IMG/VR virus record: IMGVR_UViG_3300031939_000004 | Coordinates: 1-53,786 of that record | Source of the DNA: a virus | Taxonomy: Duplodnaviria; Caudoviricetes | DNA: 53,786 nt | Strand: one strand, 5' to 3' | Part shown: piece by piece, positions 26,560 through 35,008 of the stretch | Layout: each line of letters starts with the position of its first letter | Position numbering within the stretch: position 1 is the stretch's first letter | Made by a program: the position numbers and the translations under genes | The notes under the pieces: model-generated | Told to the model about the DNA's origin: nothing | Database searches by the model: none | Seen by the model: the letters and a program-made list of their open reading frames with translations, nothing else

Positions 26560-27139
26560 CGGCGGTCTCCGCCAGCGCGCGACGGACCTCCTTCACGTCA
26601 CCGCTCTTGGTGGTGTACTTGAACAGCGCGTCGCCGTCCTCCTGGTAGACCGCGACGATCTCGCCGGTGTACTCCCAGCGCCCGACCTTGATCAGCCGGC
26701 GGTTGCCGGGCTGCGGGCCGCGGGCCTCGGCCACCACGTCGGCGTTGGCCTGCTCGACGCGCTTGCGGTTGCTGGCGGCGTGCTTCTCCGCGGACCGGGT
26801 CAGCTCGGCCTCCCAGTCGTGGTGCGGGCTGGAGAACTGGGCGGCGACCACCACCGGCGCCTCGGTCGTGGTGGCCTCGTCGCGGACGATCGTCACCTTG
26901 GTGCCGGTGATGTGGGCGCGCTTCAGGATGCCGAGGAACCGGGCGTCGTGGCCGATCCGGAACCGGGCGCCCTTGGCGAGCGGCTGGCGGCAGCCGCAGG
27001 GGCAGACGCGCTTGCCGTCCGCGTCGGCGCTCCAGTCCAGGAGGACCTCGGCCATCGGGGCGTCGCCCCGGCGGTACTGCTCGTGGTTGGGGCTGCTGTC
27101 AGCCGCGGGGCTGTACTTGGACTGCTGGAAGCGGGGCAT
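26552..27139 (-). CDS. Protein with CxCGC...GHDA motif
   Basis: CPCGCRQPLAKGARFRIGHDAR; start may be the downstream MAEV. Confidence 0.7.
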   Translation of the reverse strand: MPRFQQSKYSPAADSSPNHEQYRRGDAPMAEVLLDWSADADGKRVCPCGCRQPLAKGARFRIGHDARFLGILKRAHITGTKVTIVRDEATTTEAPVVVAAQFSSPHHDWEAELTRSAEKHAASNRKRVEQANADVVAEARGPQPGNRRLIKVGRWEYTGEIVAVYQEDGDALFKYTTKSGDVKEVRRALAETADV

Positions 27140-27182
27140 CGGACGGGTCCTGTCTGTGTGGGTACGGTGGGTCGGCTCTAGA

Positions 27183-27212
27183 ACTAAACCACACCCCGTG
27201 CCACCAGCGCAA
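27183..27212 (-). promoter_or_regulatory. Conserved phage promoter, copy 8
   Basis: TTGCGC-tggtgGCACGgggtGTGG-TTTAGT. Confidence 0.75.
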
Positions 27213-27284
27213 GGGCCGGGCGGCGTGTCGCGGAGCACCGAAGCTGAGCGGGCACAGCCAGTAGGCGACGTTGGGGGCGTTTGT

Positions 27285-27314
27285 TTGCCCGACTCGCACG
27301 GCGCGGGGTAGAAT
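27285..27314 (+). promoter_or_regulatory. Canonical SigA-type leaderless promoter of the HTH/helicase genes
   Basis: TTGCCC-gactcGCACGgcgcgggg-TAGAAT, 6 nt before the ATG at 27321. Confidence 0.75.
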
Positions 27315-27320
27315 ACCAGC

Positions 27321-27581
27321 ATGACCACAGACACCGTCGAGGCAGCCCCCGGCCGGCTGAGCAACGTGGAGCTGGGCGAGCTGATCGGGCTCTCCCACTC
27401 CTCGGCCAGCCGCGTCCGGTCCGGTCAGCGCGCCCCGGGGTACCGGGTCATGCTGGCGATTGAGCGGTGCTTCGGCTGGACCATCCAGGACCAGGTGAAG
27501 CTGCTCGACACCGACCGACACGAGTACGCGGCCGAGCTGGAGCGCCAGGCCGCCGCGTTCCTGAAGCGCCAGGCCGCCTGA
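27321..27581 (+). CDS. XRE/Cro-like HTH DNA-binding protein
   Basis: LSNVELGELIGLSHSSASRVRSGQRAP. Confidence 0.82.
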   Translation: MTTDTVEAAPGRLSNVELGELIGLSHSSASRVRSGQRAPGYRVMLAIERCFGWTIQDQVKLLDTDRHEYAAELERQAAAFLKRQAA

Positions 27582-27611
27582 CCCACGAGCAGGGGCGCGG
27601 GGCCCCGTCAG

Positions 27612-29129
27612 ATGCAAGGCCGGAGGCTGTGCCGGCCACCCCGCCGGAGAGGAGGCGGCGTGCCGAAACGTGCGCGCGATCCCAGGGGTGGCTACCTGGT
27701 GCATCCTGCGACAGCCGGCACCGCAGCCAACCAGGGGGCGGCCACACCGCTCAAGACGGCTGACGGGCCGCCTCCTCTCCGCCCCTTTCAAGCCGAGGGC
27801 GTGCGTTGGCTGACCGAGCGCCCGCGCGCCCTGCTGGCCGACGAGATGGGCCTCGGCAAGTCGCGGCAGCTGCTGGAGTCGGCCGTCGAGCCCGTGCTCA
27901 TCGTCGCGCCGGCCATGGTGGTCGACGGCGGGAACTGGTCTGACGAGATCGCCCGCTGGACCCCCGGGATCGACGCCACCGTCACCGCCTACAGCCGGAT
28001 CATCACCCGCGAGGGCCGGAAGGTGCTCCCGCGGTTGCCGGCCGAGTTCGACCGCGACTGGGGCACCCTGATCCTGGACGAGGCGCACTACGTCAAGACC
28101 CGCAAGACCACCTGGACCAAGACGGCGCAGCAGCTCGCCGCCCGGTCGCAGGTCGTCCACCCGGCCACCGGCACCCCGCTGCCGAACTGGGCCCACGAGG
28201 CGTTCGTGCTGCTCCAGCTGGCGTACCCGGAGAAGGCGCGCCCTGGCGGCGAGCTGGGCTCGTACTGGCGCTGGGCCGAGCAGTGGTTCGACACCTCCCC
28301 GACCCGGTTCTCCAACGGCCTGCCCTCGGTCGGCCGGATGCTGGGCTGCGACCTGACCTGCCGCAAGCGCCCGGCCAGCGACCCGTGCCAGCACTACCGG
28401 GCGTTCGCCGCTGCCAACTTCGGCGACCGGATGTTGCGCCGGCTGGTCGAGGACGTGCTGGGCGACCTGCCGCCGCGGACCGAGGTCACCGTCCGCTGCC
28501 CGATGACCCCGAAGCAGGCCAAGGCATACCGGGACCTGAAGCGTGACTACCTGGCGCAGGTCGACGGGCGGGAGCTGGTCGCCTGGAACGACGCGGCCAA
28601 GAACACCCAACTGATGAAGGCGGCCACCGGGCTGGAGGTGCTCGACCCGGCGCTGCGGGGCTCGGGCAAGCTGGACCAGCTGCGGGAGCACGTCGCCGGC
28701 CGGTCCCGCCCGACGCTGGTGTTCGCCCACTTCCAAGCCACCGTCGAGGCGTGCGCGCGTGTCGCCCGGGACGCCGGGGCGGACTCGGAGTTCATCCACG
28801 GCGGGACGAGCCCCCAGCGACGCGGAGAGATCGCGGCGGCGTTCAAGCGCGGCGACCTGGGGGTGCTGGTGGGCTCGCTGGACGTGCTGGCCGAGGGCCT
28901 CACCTTCACCCAGGCCGACGTCTGCATCTTCGTGGAGAAGTCGGTCAAGACCTATCGCAACCAGCAGGCCGAGCGGCGGATCTGGCGGATGGGGCAGACC
29001 CGGCCGGTGACGGTCTACGACTACGTCACCCCCGGGTCGGTCGATGAGGGCATCCGCAAGCTGCTCGCGGAGAAAACCGACGACCAGCTGCGGACCCTCA
29101 CCGCGGCGCAGTTCGCCGCCCTGCTCTAG
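27612..29129 (+). CDS. SNF2-like (SF2) helicase
   Basis: LADEMGLGKS, LDEAH, TGTP, EGL and QAERRIWRMGQ motifs; start uncertain. Confidence 0.92.
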   Translation: MQGRRLCRPPRRRGGGVPKRARDPRGGYLVHPATAGTAANQGAATPLKTADGPPPLRPFQAEGVRWLTERPRALLADEMGLGKSRQLLESAVEPVLIVAPAMVVDGGNWSDEIARWTPGIDATVTAYSRIITREGRKVLPRLPAEFDRDWGTLILDEAHYVKTRKTTWTKTAQQLAARSQVVHPATGTPLPNWAHEAFVLLQLAYPEKARPGGELGSYWRWAEQWFDTSPTRFSNGLPSVGRMLGCDLTCRKRPASDPCQHYRAFAAANFGDRMLRRLVEDVLGDLPPRTEVTVRCPMTPKQAKAYRDLKRDYLAQVDGRELVAWNDAAKNTQLMKAATGLEVLDPALRGSGKLDQLREHVAGRSRPTLVFAHFQATVEACARVARDAGADSEFIHGGTSPQRRGEIAAAFKRGDLGVLVGSLDVLAEGLTFTQADVCIFVEKSVKTYRNQQAERRIWRMGQTRPVTVYDYVTPGSVDEGIRKLLAEKTDDQLRTLTAAQFAALL

Positions 29130-29386
29130 GGCTGCGGCAGGCTGAAGATCCAGCCGCGGTCGGTGTGCCACACCTCGTCACCGCGGTCGGCGAACCGGGC
29201 GAACTCGCCGGTCAGCCCGACCAGCCAGACCCCGCCCTCGGGCCAGTCGGGCTCGATGTGGTCGTACTCGATCCCCAGTTCGGCCAGCGCCTGCTCGGCG
29301 TCGGCCTGCTCGGTGATCGCCTCGGTCTCGTCGGCATCGGGGTCGGTGACTCGCTGCAGCTCGATCTGCCACAGGCCGACGCTCAT
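29126..29386 (-). CDS. Hypothetical acidic protein
   Basis: ATGA-coupled ORF. Confidence 0.6.
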   Translation of the reverse strand: MSVGLWQIELQRVTDPDADETEAITEQADAEQALAELGIEYDHIEPDWPEGGVWLVGLTGEFARFADRGDEVWHTDRGWIFSLPQP

Positions 29387-29619
29387 CGGGTGCCCTCGTA
29401 GCGGAGGCAGGACGGGCGGACGTCGCGGCTGCCGCCCTCGAAGTCGTCGAAGTCGACGACCACCCGGGTGCGGTTGAGCCGGCCGACGACCCCGACCCGA
29501 CCGACGTCGCTGAGCCGGGCGCCCTCGCCGTATGCCTTGACCCGGACCAGGTCGCCGGGGGCCAGGTAGTGGCGGGTGCCGTCCCAGGTCTCGGTGTACA
29601 GGTCGTAGTCGATGATCAT
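29383..29619 (-). CDS. Small hypothetical protein (SH3/KOW-like)
   Basis: PGDLVRV...VGRVGVV; coupled ORF. Confidence 0.6.
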   Translation of the reverse strand: MIIDYDLYTETWDGTRHYLAPGDLVRVKAYGEGARLSDVGRVGVVGRLNRTRVVVDFDDFEGGSRDVRPSCLRYEGTR

Positions 29620-29927
29620 CGGGCGAGCCTCGTCTCTTCCATGCGCCGCTGGACGTTCTCGCGGGCGATCTTCTCGGCGTGCCTGGTCTTGCGGGAGATG
29701 TGCACCCCGACCGAGACCCGGGCGTGCGCGCCGTGCGGGCGCCGGGGCTGCCAGCCGCAGGTGCAGACCGCGCCCCCGACGTGCCGGTAGAGCCGACCGT
29801 TGATCTCGAACTCGGTAACCAGGTCGGGGACCCAGCGGTGGCCGTGCCGGTCGGCCTCGGCCCAGCGCGCGTCCATCTCCTCGCTGACGATCTGGTGGAT
29901 CTCGGCCTGGCGGGCGTTCAGGTCCAT
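29616..29927 (-). CDS. Hypothetical protein
   Basis: GGAGCCACCC-ATG; CTCGW motif. Confidence 0.68.
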   Translation of the reverse strand: MDLNARQAEIHQIVSEEMDARWAEADRHGHRWVPDLVTEFEINGRLYRHVGGAVCTCGWQPRRPHGAHARVSVGVHISRKTRHAEKIARENVQRRMEETRLAR

Positions 29928-29966
29928 GGGGGTGGCTCCCTCGGTCGGCGTCGCTTGCGTACCAAA

Positions 29967-29996
29967 AGTGAACCACACCGCGTGCTAGGGACGCAA
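29967..29996 (-). promoter_or_regulatory. Conserved phage promoter, copy 9
   Basis: TTGCGT-ccctaGCACGcggtGTGG-TTCACT. Confidence 0.77.
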
Positions 29997-30644
29997 GGAT
30001 CGCCACGCCCGGCGCGCCTCGACCGGGTAACGGGACAGCCGGTCGCCCACCGGGTGCGGCTCGGCCTTCACCCCGCGCGGGTTCGGCGTCAGGTGCACCG
30101 CGGCCACCCCGCCGGCCGACAGCACGTCGGCGACCATCGAGCGGTGGCACTTCCACCACAGCAGCTCGGCGCAGATGATCACCGCGCGCGGCTGGGTCGG
30201 CTCGCCATAGCGCTCGACTAGCCGGCCGAGCCCATCCTGGAACTCGGGCAGCGCGGTGAACCAGGCGTAGTCGTGCAGCCCCTGGTTGGTCCAGCCCGAC
30301 ACCCAGTCGGGGTCGCCGCCGATCTCCAGCTGGTCGGCCGGCTTGGACGCGCCGATCCGCTGCTTCGGGAAGTGGCCCTTGACGTAGGGGGCGAGGTCGA
30401 CCCCGCGCGGGGCCGCCCAGTCAGCCAGCGACTCGTGCCGGCGGTCCCAGCCACCCAGCGCCGGCCACCACTCCAGGCCGAACCCGGCGTCGGTGATCCA
30501 GCCCATCTGCTCGCGGCGCCACCACTCCCACTTACTGGATGGGTGCGACCGGACGTCGATCACGGTGTCCACCCGCATCCGGCGGATGATCTGCAGGAAC
30601 GCCTCGGGCTCGTGGGTCGAGTGACCGGCGGTGAGGATGGGCAT
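29985..30644 (-). CDS. DUF488-family protein
   Basis: TAGHST, IDVRSHP, LGG and CAE..WWKCHR motifs. Confidence 0.88.
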   Translation of the reverse strand: MPILTAGHSTHEPEAFLQIIRRMRVDTVIDVRSHPSSKWEWWRREQMGWITDAGFGLEWWPALGGWDRRHESLADWAAPRGVDLAPYVKGHFPKQRIGASKPADQLEIGGDPDWVSGWTNQGLHDYAWFTALPEFQDGLGRLVERYGEPTQPRAVIICAELLWWKCHRSMVADVLSAGGVAAVHLTPNPRGVKAEPHPVGDRLSRYPVEARRAWRSLRP

Positions 30645-30702
30645 CAGCGGACCCCGTCGCAGGCGACGTACAGGGCCAGGAACGGGCGGCGACGTCGGCG
30701 GG

Positions 30703-30855
30703 TCATCGGACCAGGCCCATGGCCCACAGGCCGAGGGTGATCACGCCCGAGCCGGCGACCGAGGTGCCGAGGGCCCAGACGATGTCCAGCGCCAGGCGCG
30801 GACGGCGGACGATGTACCGGGCGGTCCCGGGGCTGGTGGTGCTGCGGATTGGCAT
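30703..30855 (-). CDS. 50-aa leaderless membrane peptide
   Basis: MPIRSTTS...LALDIVWALGTSVAGSGVITLGLWAMGLVR; ATG 6 nt after TTAGAT. Confidence 0.55.
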   Translation of the reverse strand: MPIRSTTSPGTARYIVRRPRLALDIVWALGTSVAGSGVITLGLWAMGLVR

Positions 30856-30861
30856 AGTGCT

Positions 30862-30891
30862 ATCTAAGCACGGCCCGTGCCTTCAGGGCAA
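30862..30891 (-). promoter_or_regulatory. Conserved phage promoter, copy 10 (leaderless)
   Basis: TTGCCC-tgaagGCACGggccGTGC-TTAGAT-agcact-ATG. Confidence 0.75.
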
Positions 30892-30904
30892 ATACCGGGG
30901 ATCG

Positions 30905-30970
30905 GCGTGGCGCGAGCCGGGGAGCGTTGGTGTAGTGGCCCACTCGCGTCAACCCGGACTCGCGCCACGC
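30905..30970 (-). terminator. Long hairpin after the lysis cassette
   Basis: 12-bp outer stem gcgtggcgcgag/ctcgcgccacgc. Confidence 0.55.
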
Positions 30971-31001
30971 TTGGGCGGTGCCGACCCACCCGGCGGGCAG
31001 T

Positions 31002-31430
31002 CTACCCGCCGTCGCCGAGCCCTTCGGGGACGATCGGCTGCGGGCCGGTGTTGGTGCCCACCAGCTCGGCCGGCAGCTCCGGCGGGTCGTCCACCCGGCC
31101 ACCCAGCCGGCGGATCTCCGCGGCCTGCCGGCGAGCGTGCGCGGTCAGATCCCGGACCACGTCGATCAGGGTGGCGTTCTCATGCTCCAGCGACCGGGCC
31201 TTGCTCCACAGCTCCTCGTTCTCGCCGCGCAGTCCCCGCAGCTCGGTGCGCAGTCGGGTGTTGTCGTCCTCGGTCCGCTGCACCGCGTTGCTGGCCGCCT
31301 TGTCCAGCACCGCCACCGTGTCGGCCGACATCTTGCGCCGGTTGATCAGCGCGTTGACCGCGGTGGTCACGACCCCGGTGCCGATTACCGAGCCGAGCAG
31401 CTGGAACGCGTACGATCCCCCGGTCGACAC
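31002..31430 (-). CDS. Membrane-anchored coiled-coil protein (lysis cassette)
   Basis: N-terminal hydrophobic segment followed by a coiled coil. Confidence 0.7.
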   Translation of the reverse strand: MSTGGSYAFQLLGSVIGTGVVTTAVNALINRRKMSADTVAVLDKAASNAVQRTEDDNTRLRTELRGLRGENEELWSKARSLEHENATLIDVVRDLTAHARRQAAEIRRLGGRVDDPPELPAELVGTNTGPQPIVPEGLGDGG

Positions 31431-31436
31431 GCGCCC

Positions 31437-31865
31437 TCACTTCCCTCGTCGGTGGGCCTGCCTCGCCGCCTGGGCCAGGACGCGCCGGATCTGCCAGGCC
31501 CGCACCACGCAGGCCACCCCAAATCCGAACAGGACGCAGGCCGAGAGGGTCGCCCCCAAACCCACCACGTAGAGCAGGATGCCGGCGGCGTAGGCGGTGG
31601 CGGCGCCCGCGGCCAGGCAGCCGAGCGCCTCCATCACCAGCCCGCTCGCCCGGTTGCGCCAGAACACCCCGACCACCGAGGAGACCGAGCCGAGGACCAG
31701 GAAGATCTGCCAGACCAGCGCGCCGTAGTGGCCGAGCGTCTCGCGGACCGACCCCGGCTGGGCGTGCCGGTTCAGCAGCCCGGCGACCCCGTAGGCGATC
31801 ATCAGCGTGAGCACGTAGATCTGGAACGGGTGCCGGGAGCGCAGGCGCTCCGCGGTGTATGGCAT
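31437..31865 (-). CDS. 4-TM membrane protein
   Basis: Four hydrophobic segments. Confidence 0.72.
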   Translation of the reverse strand: MPYTAERLRSRHPFQIYVLTLMIAYGVAGLLNRHAQPGSVRETLGHYGALVWQIFLVLGSVSSVVGVFWRNRASGLVMEALGCLAAGAATAYAAGILLYVVGLGATLSACVLFGFGVACVVRAWQIRRVLAQAARQAHRRGK

Positions 31866-32287
31866 CAGCGTGGCTCGGCGCTCTTCCAGTGCACCACTGC
31901 GAGCAGCCCGGAGACCACCGCGGCGAATGCGTAGATCGGGACGCCGGTGGTTCCAGCGGCCCGGTAGGTGAGTGCGGCGGACAGCAAGCTGAAGCCGAAG
32001 AACAGGCACCAGATCGTCACCACGGCCAGGCAGATGGCGGTCGCCCTCAGCCGGCCGAACAGCGACGAGATCAGCCCGATCAGCCCGGCGCAGCCCAGCA
32101 CCACGCCCCAGCTCTGCGGGGCCAGCGGGAAGCGCAGCGCGGCGGCGTAGCTGGGGCTTTGCCAGCGCTCCGCCCCGCCCACGATGATCAGCACCCCGAG
32201 CACCAGCGCGATGGTCAGCGTCCAGCGCGCGAGCGCCTGGACGGACCACTGGGCGGTCCACTGGTCGAGCTTGCGCTCGGGACTCAT
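31865..32287 (-). CDS. 4-TM membrane protein
   Basis: Four hydrophobic segments; TGATG coupling. Confidence 0.72.
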   Translation of the reverse strand: MSPERKLDQWTAQWSVQALARWTLTIALVLGVLIIVGGAERWQSPSYAAALRFPLAPQSWGVVLGCAGLIGLISSLFGRLRATAICLAVVTIWCLFFGFSLLSAALTYRAAGTTGVPIYAFAAVVSGLLAVVHWKSAEPR

Positions 32288-32514
32288 CAGGCCGCCTCGT
32301 GCTTACCCGGAGTGAGGTCGACCACCTTGTTCCGCTTGAAGTACGCGGCGGCTGCGCTCACCAGCAGGACGATCGCGCCGGCCACTTCCGGCGACAGGTC
32401 CAGCCCGAAGTAGGTCGCCACCCACAGGATCACGACCACCGCGGCGCCGCTGGCCGTGCCGGCGACGAGCTTCTGGGTGGGCGCGGCCGAGGGCTGGCTG
32501 GCCAACTGGCTCAC
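32287..32514 (-). CDS. Holin
   Basis: Two TM segments, directly after the endolysin. Confidence 0.72.
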   Translation of the reverse strand: MSQLASQPSAAPTQKLVAGTASGAAVVVILWVATYFGLDLSPEVAGAIVLLVSAAAAYFKRNKVVDLTPGKHEAA

Positions 32515-33239
32515 GGCTGGATCTTGGTGGCGGCGATGCCCTTGATGATCCGGGCGCACATGTCGTCGGAGATCTCGTAGGTCGGGAGCACCTTCCGCAG
32601 GTCGTCCTGGGTCTCGTTGACGTGCTCGGCGAAGCCGGGGCCGCAGATGTACAGGTCACCCCGGCGGTTGTGTAGCATGAACATGTCGTCCTCCTGGTGG
32701 GCGGGCACCGGGGTCGGTGCCGGGGCCAGCACCGCGGCGATACCGCGGCGCATGGTGGTCATCGTGAAGTCGCGGATGTCGATCTTGCGGTCCGGCGCCC
32801 ACTCGTTGTGGCCGCAGCACATGTCCGGGCCGAACCCGCCCAGATCGCAGTAGGCGGCGTTGACCTTCGGGTAGGCCGCCTTCTGCGCCGCGGTCCAGTC
32901 GCCGTCGCCCGCGCACTCCGCCTCGGTGCCGAACACCTCGGAGTTGTAGCGCAGGCCCTTCCAGCCACCCAGGCCGGCGTGCTGGGCGGTGCGGGCGGCG
33001 ACCACCACGGCGACCCCGGCCCGGTCCAGGTAGACGTTGCACAGCGGGCCCTTCAGGTCGGGCCGGCCGTTGATCACCACGCTCAGCGACGGGCGCCCGG
33101 TGGTGCCGCGGGGGCCGCCGGTCCAGTGCGACACCGAGCCGCGGGCTCGCAGGTCCGAGACGCCCCGGGTCTCCCAGCCCGGGACCAGCTCCACCTTCAG
33201 GCCACGGCGGTGCAGCGCGCCCGGCAGGTCGTAGGTCAC
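32511..33239 (-). CDS. Endolysin, N-acetylmuramoyl-L-alanine amidase
   Basis: GWETRG, HWT, GRPDL.GPLCN, HAG and GHNEWA..RKID motifs. Confidence 0.88.
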   Translation of the reverse strand: MTYDLPGALHRRGLKVELVPGWETRGVSDLRARGSVSHWTGGPRGTTGRPSLSVVINGRPDLKGPLCNVYLDRAGVAVVVAARTAQHAGLGGWKGLRYNSEVFGTEAECAGDGDWTAAQKAAYPKVNAAYCDLGGFGPDMCCGHNEWAPDRKIDIRDFTMTTMRRGIAAVLAPAPTPVPAHQEDDMFMLHNRRGDLYICGPGFAEHVNETQDDLRKVLPTYEISDDMCARIIKGIAATKIQP

Positions 33240-33373
33240 GAGGTTGCCGGCGGCTCGTAGGGCACCGTCTCCGGCTCGTCCTCCGGGTCGGTGGCGTAGT
33301 CGGCCATGTGGCCGTGCTCGTCCGGGTCGCCCCAGTCTCGCTGGTCGGCCGGCAGCTCGGTCGGGTCGGTCAT
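33236..33373 (-). CDS. Small acidic hypothetical protein
   Basis: GAGGAG RBS; GTGA overlap with the endolysin. Confidence 0.5.
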   Translation of the reverse strand: MTDPTELPADQRDWGDPDEHGHMADYATDPEDEPETVPYEPPATS

Positions 33374-33374
33374 T

Positions 33375-33593
33375 TCACTCCTCGGCAGGGTCGGCACGGA
33401 TGATCCCGATCGACATCGCAACCGGGTACACCTGCGGCTCGTCGTCGCCCACGAAGTAGACCTGGCGCGAGCGGCCGAGCGCCTCGTCGTCCACGATGTC
33501 GCCCAGCCGGTCGACCACCTGCTCGGGGTAGCCGTCCGGCAGGGCGAGCTGGTCTCCGGGCTCGAACATGCTCGGCGGGATGGAGAGCAACAC
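33375..33593 (-). CDS. Small hypothetical protein, leaderless
   Basis: GTG 6 nt after GTGG-TTTGCT (33600-33605). Confidence 0.55.
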   Translation of the reverse strand: MLLSIPPSMFEPGDQLALPDGYPEQVVDRLGDIVDDEALGRSRQVYFVGDDEPQVYPVAMSIGIIRADPAEE

Positions 33594-33634
33594 GCGGACA
33601 GCAAACCACGCGCGGCCCGCGCGCCCGGCTGCTT

Positions 33635-35008
33635 TTAGGAGCGCGGGCCGAGGTAGACTAGCGTGATCAGCGAGCCGGAGGTGTAGAGCGTCCCGGTGGC
33701 ACTGGCGCACATCAGGAGCATCTGCGCCGAGAGGTCGCCCCCGCCCCAGTTCAGCCCGTAGCTGAAGCTGGCCGGGCTGGTGATGGTCGTGCGGTCCACC
33801 CGCATGTCCTGGGAAACGTTGATCCCGCCCAGCATGATCCGCATGTACGAGGTCGAGTTGGCCGCAGCGAAGAACGACGCCTGGCAGGTCAGCAGGTAGG
33901 CGCCAGCCGGCGCGTTGCTGAGCGTGCCCAGGATGACGCTGGTGAACGCGTTGGCGCTGAAGCTGTCCGACGCGTGGGTGGTGAAGCTCGACCGCAGGAA
34001 GTTCCAAACCCGGTCCTGCGCCCACGGCTGGCCGTTGACCAGGAACCCGTCGACGGCGGTCAGCTGCGCCTGCGATTGGTTGGCCTGGTCGGTCTGCAGC
34101 ACCAGCTTCGGTGCGGCCTTGGTGGCGAACCCGGTGTAGGCGCCGCCGCTGAGGGTCATCCCGCCACCGCCACCGACGTACGGCTGGGCGGTCATGCTGG
34201 CCGCGGTGTCGCCGACGATCCCAGACTCCAGCGCGATGACGCCCATCGGGACGCCCTGGCCGTCCGCGCCCTGGTAGATCCGGGCTCGCGAGCCGGAGAT
34301 GGCGGTGTTGATCTCGCCGGTGATCGTGGCGCCCTTGGCCGTCAGCTTGCCGGTGGCGTTTGAGATCGTGGTGACCGCCGCGCCGGTGACGTCGAACGCC
34401 CGCAGGCCGTTCAGGTCCATGGCCACCCGGGCGCCGGACGCTGCGGTCTGCACCGTGGCGCCCGTGATCACCTTGCCGTTGACCGCGTCGGCGGCCAGCA
34501 CCGTGGCCGTGACCGCGCCGGCTTGGAACGCGGCCGGACCGAACGGGAGCGCCTGCCAGGCCGCGCCGTCCCAGCGGGACATGTGGTTGCCACCCGCCGT
34601 GCTGGAGTCGATCCAGATCGCCGTGTCTGCCGCGCCGCTGTAGCTGGGCGGAGTCGGCTGGGTGAAGTAGCTGACCCCGCCACTCTCGATCATCGAGACG
34701 ACCGCCGGGTCCAGCTCGCGGGTGGTGACCGCGTCCGCGGCGATCCCGGCCGGCTCGGCAATCGGGGTCGCGCCGGCCACCCGCACCCGGACCGTCGAGC
34801 CGACATCGGGCAGGAACTGGGCCGGCCACTCGATCCCGGTGACCTCGTCGCTGTCGTCGCCGCCCACGACCAGCCCGGCGATCGTGCCGCTGTCGGTGTC
34901 GGCCGCGGTCACCTCGATCATCCGGTAGGTGACCCGGCCCAGCTTCAGGTCGGCCACCTCGCTGCGCAGCTGCGCCAGCTCGGTCAGGACCTCGTCCATC
35001 AGGGTCAT
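33635..35008 (-). CDS. Minor tail / tail fiber protein
   Basis: Follows tail genes; GAVTA..LAADAV repeats and TGATVQTAASGARV. Confidence 0.78.
   Translation of the reverse strand: MTLMDEVLTELAQLRSEVADLKLGRVTYRMIEVTAADTDSGTIAGLVVGGDDSDEVTGIEWPAQFLPDVGSTVRVRVAGATPIAEPAGIAADAVTTRELDPAVVSMIESGGVSYFTQPTPPSYSGAADTAIWIDSSTAGGNHMSRWDGAAWQALPFGPAAFQAGAVTATVLAADAVNGKVITGATVQTAASGARVAMDLNGLRAFDVTGAAVTTISNATGKLTAKGATITGEINTAISGSRARIYQGADGQGVPMGVIALESGIVGDTAASMTAQPYVGGGGGMTLSGGAYTGFATKAAPKLVLQTDQANQSQAQLTAVDGFLVNGQPWAQDRVWNFLRSSFTTHASDSFSANAFTSVILGTLSNAPAGAYLLTCQASFFAAANSTSYMRIMLGGINVSQDMRVDRTTITSPASFSYGLNWGGGDLSAQMLLMCASATGTLYTSGSLITLVYLGPRS

Noticed and set aside
27321-27581. Lysogeny (immunity) repressor
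   Set aside because: No integrase or partition genes were found; it is a short Cro-like gene co-oriented with the helicase.
30921-30960. tRNA-like GGTGTAGTGGCCCA
   Set aside because: No T-arm (GTTCRA) or acceptor stem; it is the loop of a terminator-like hairpin.
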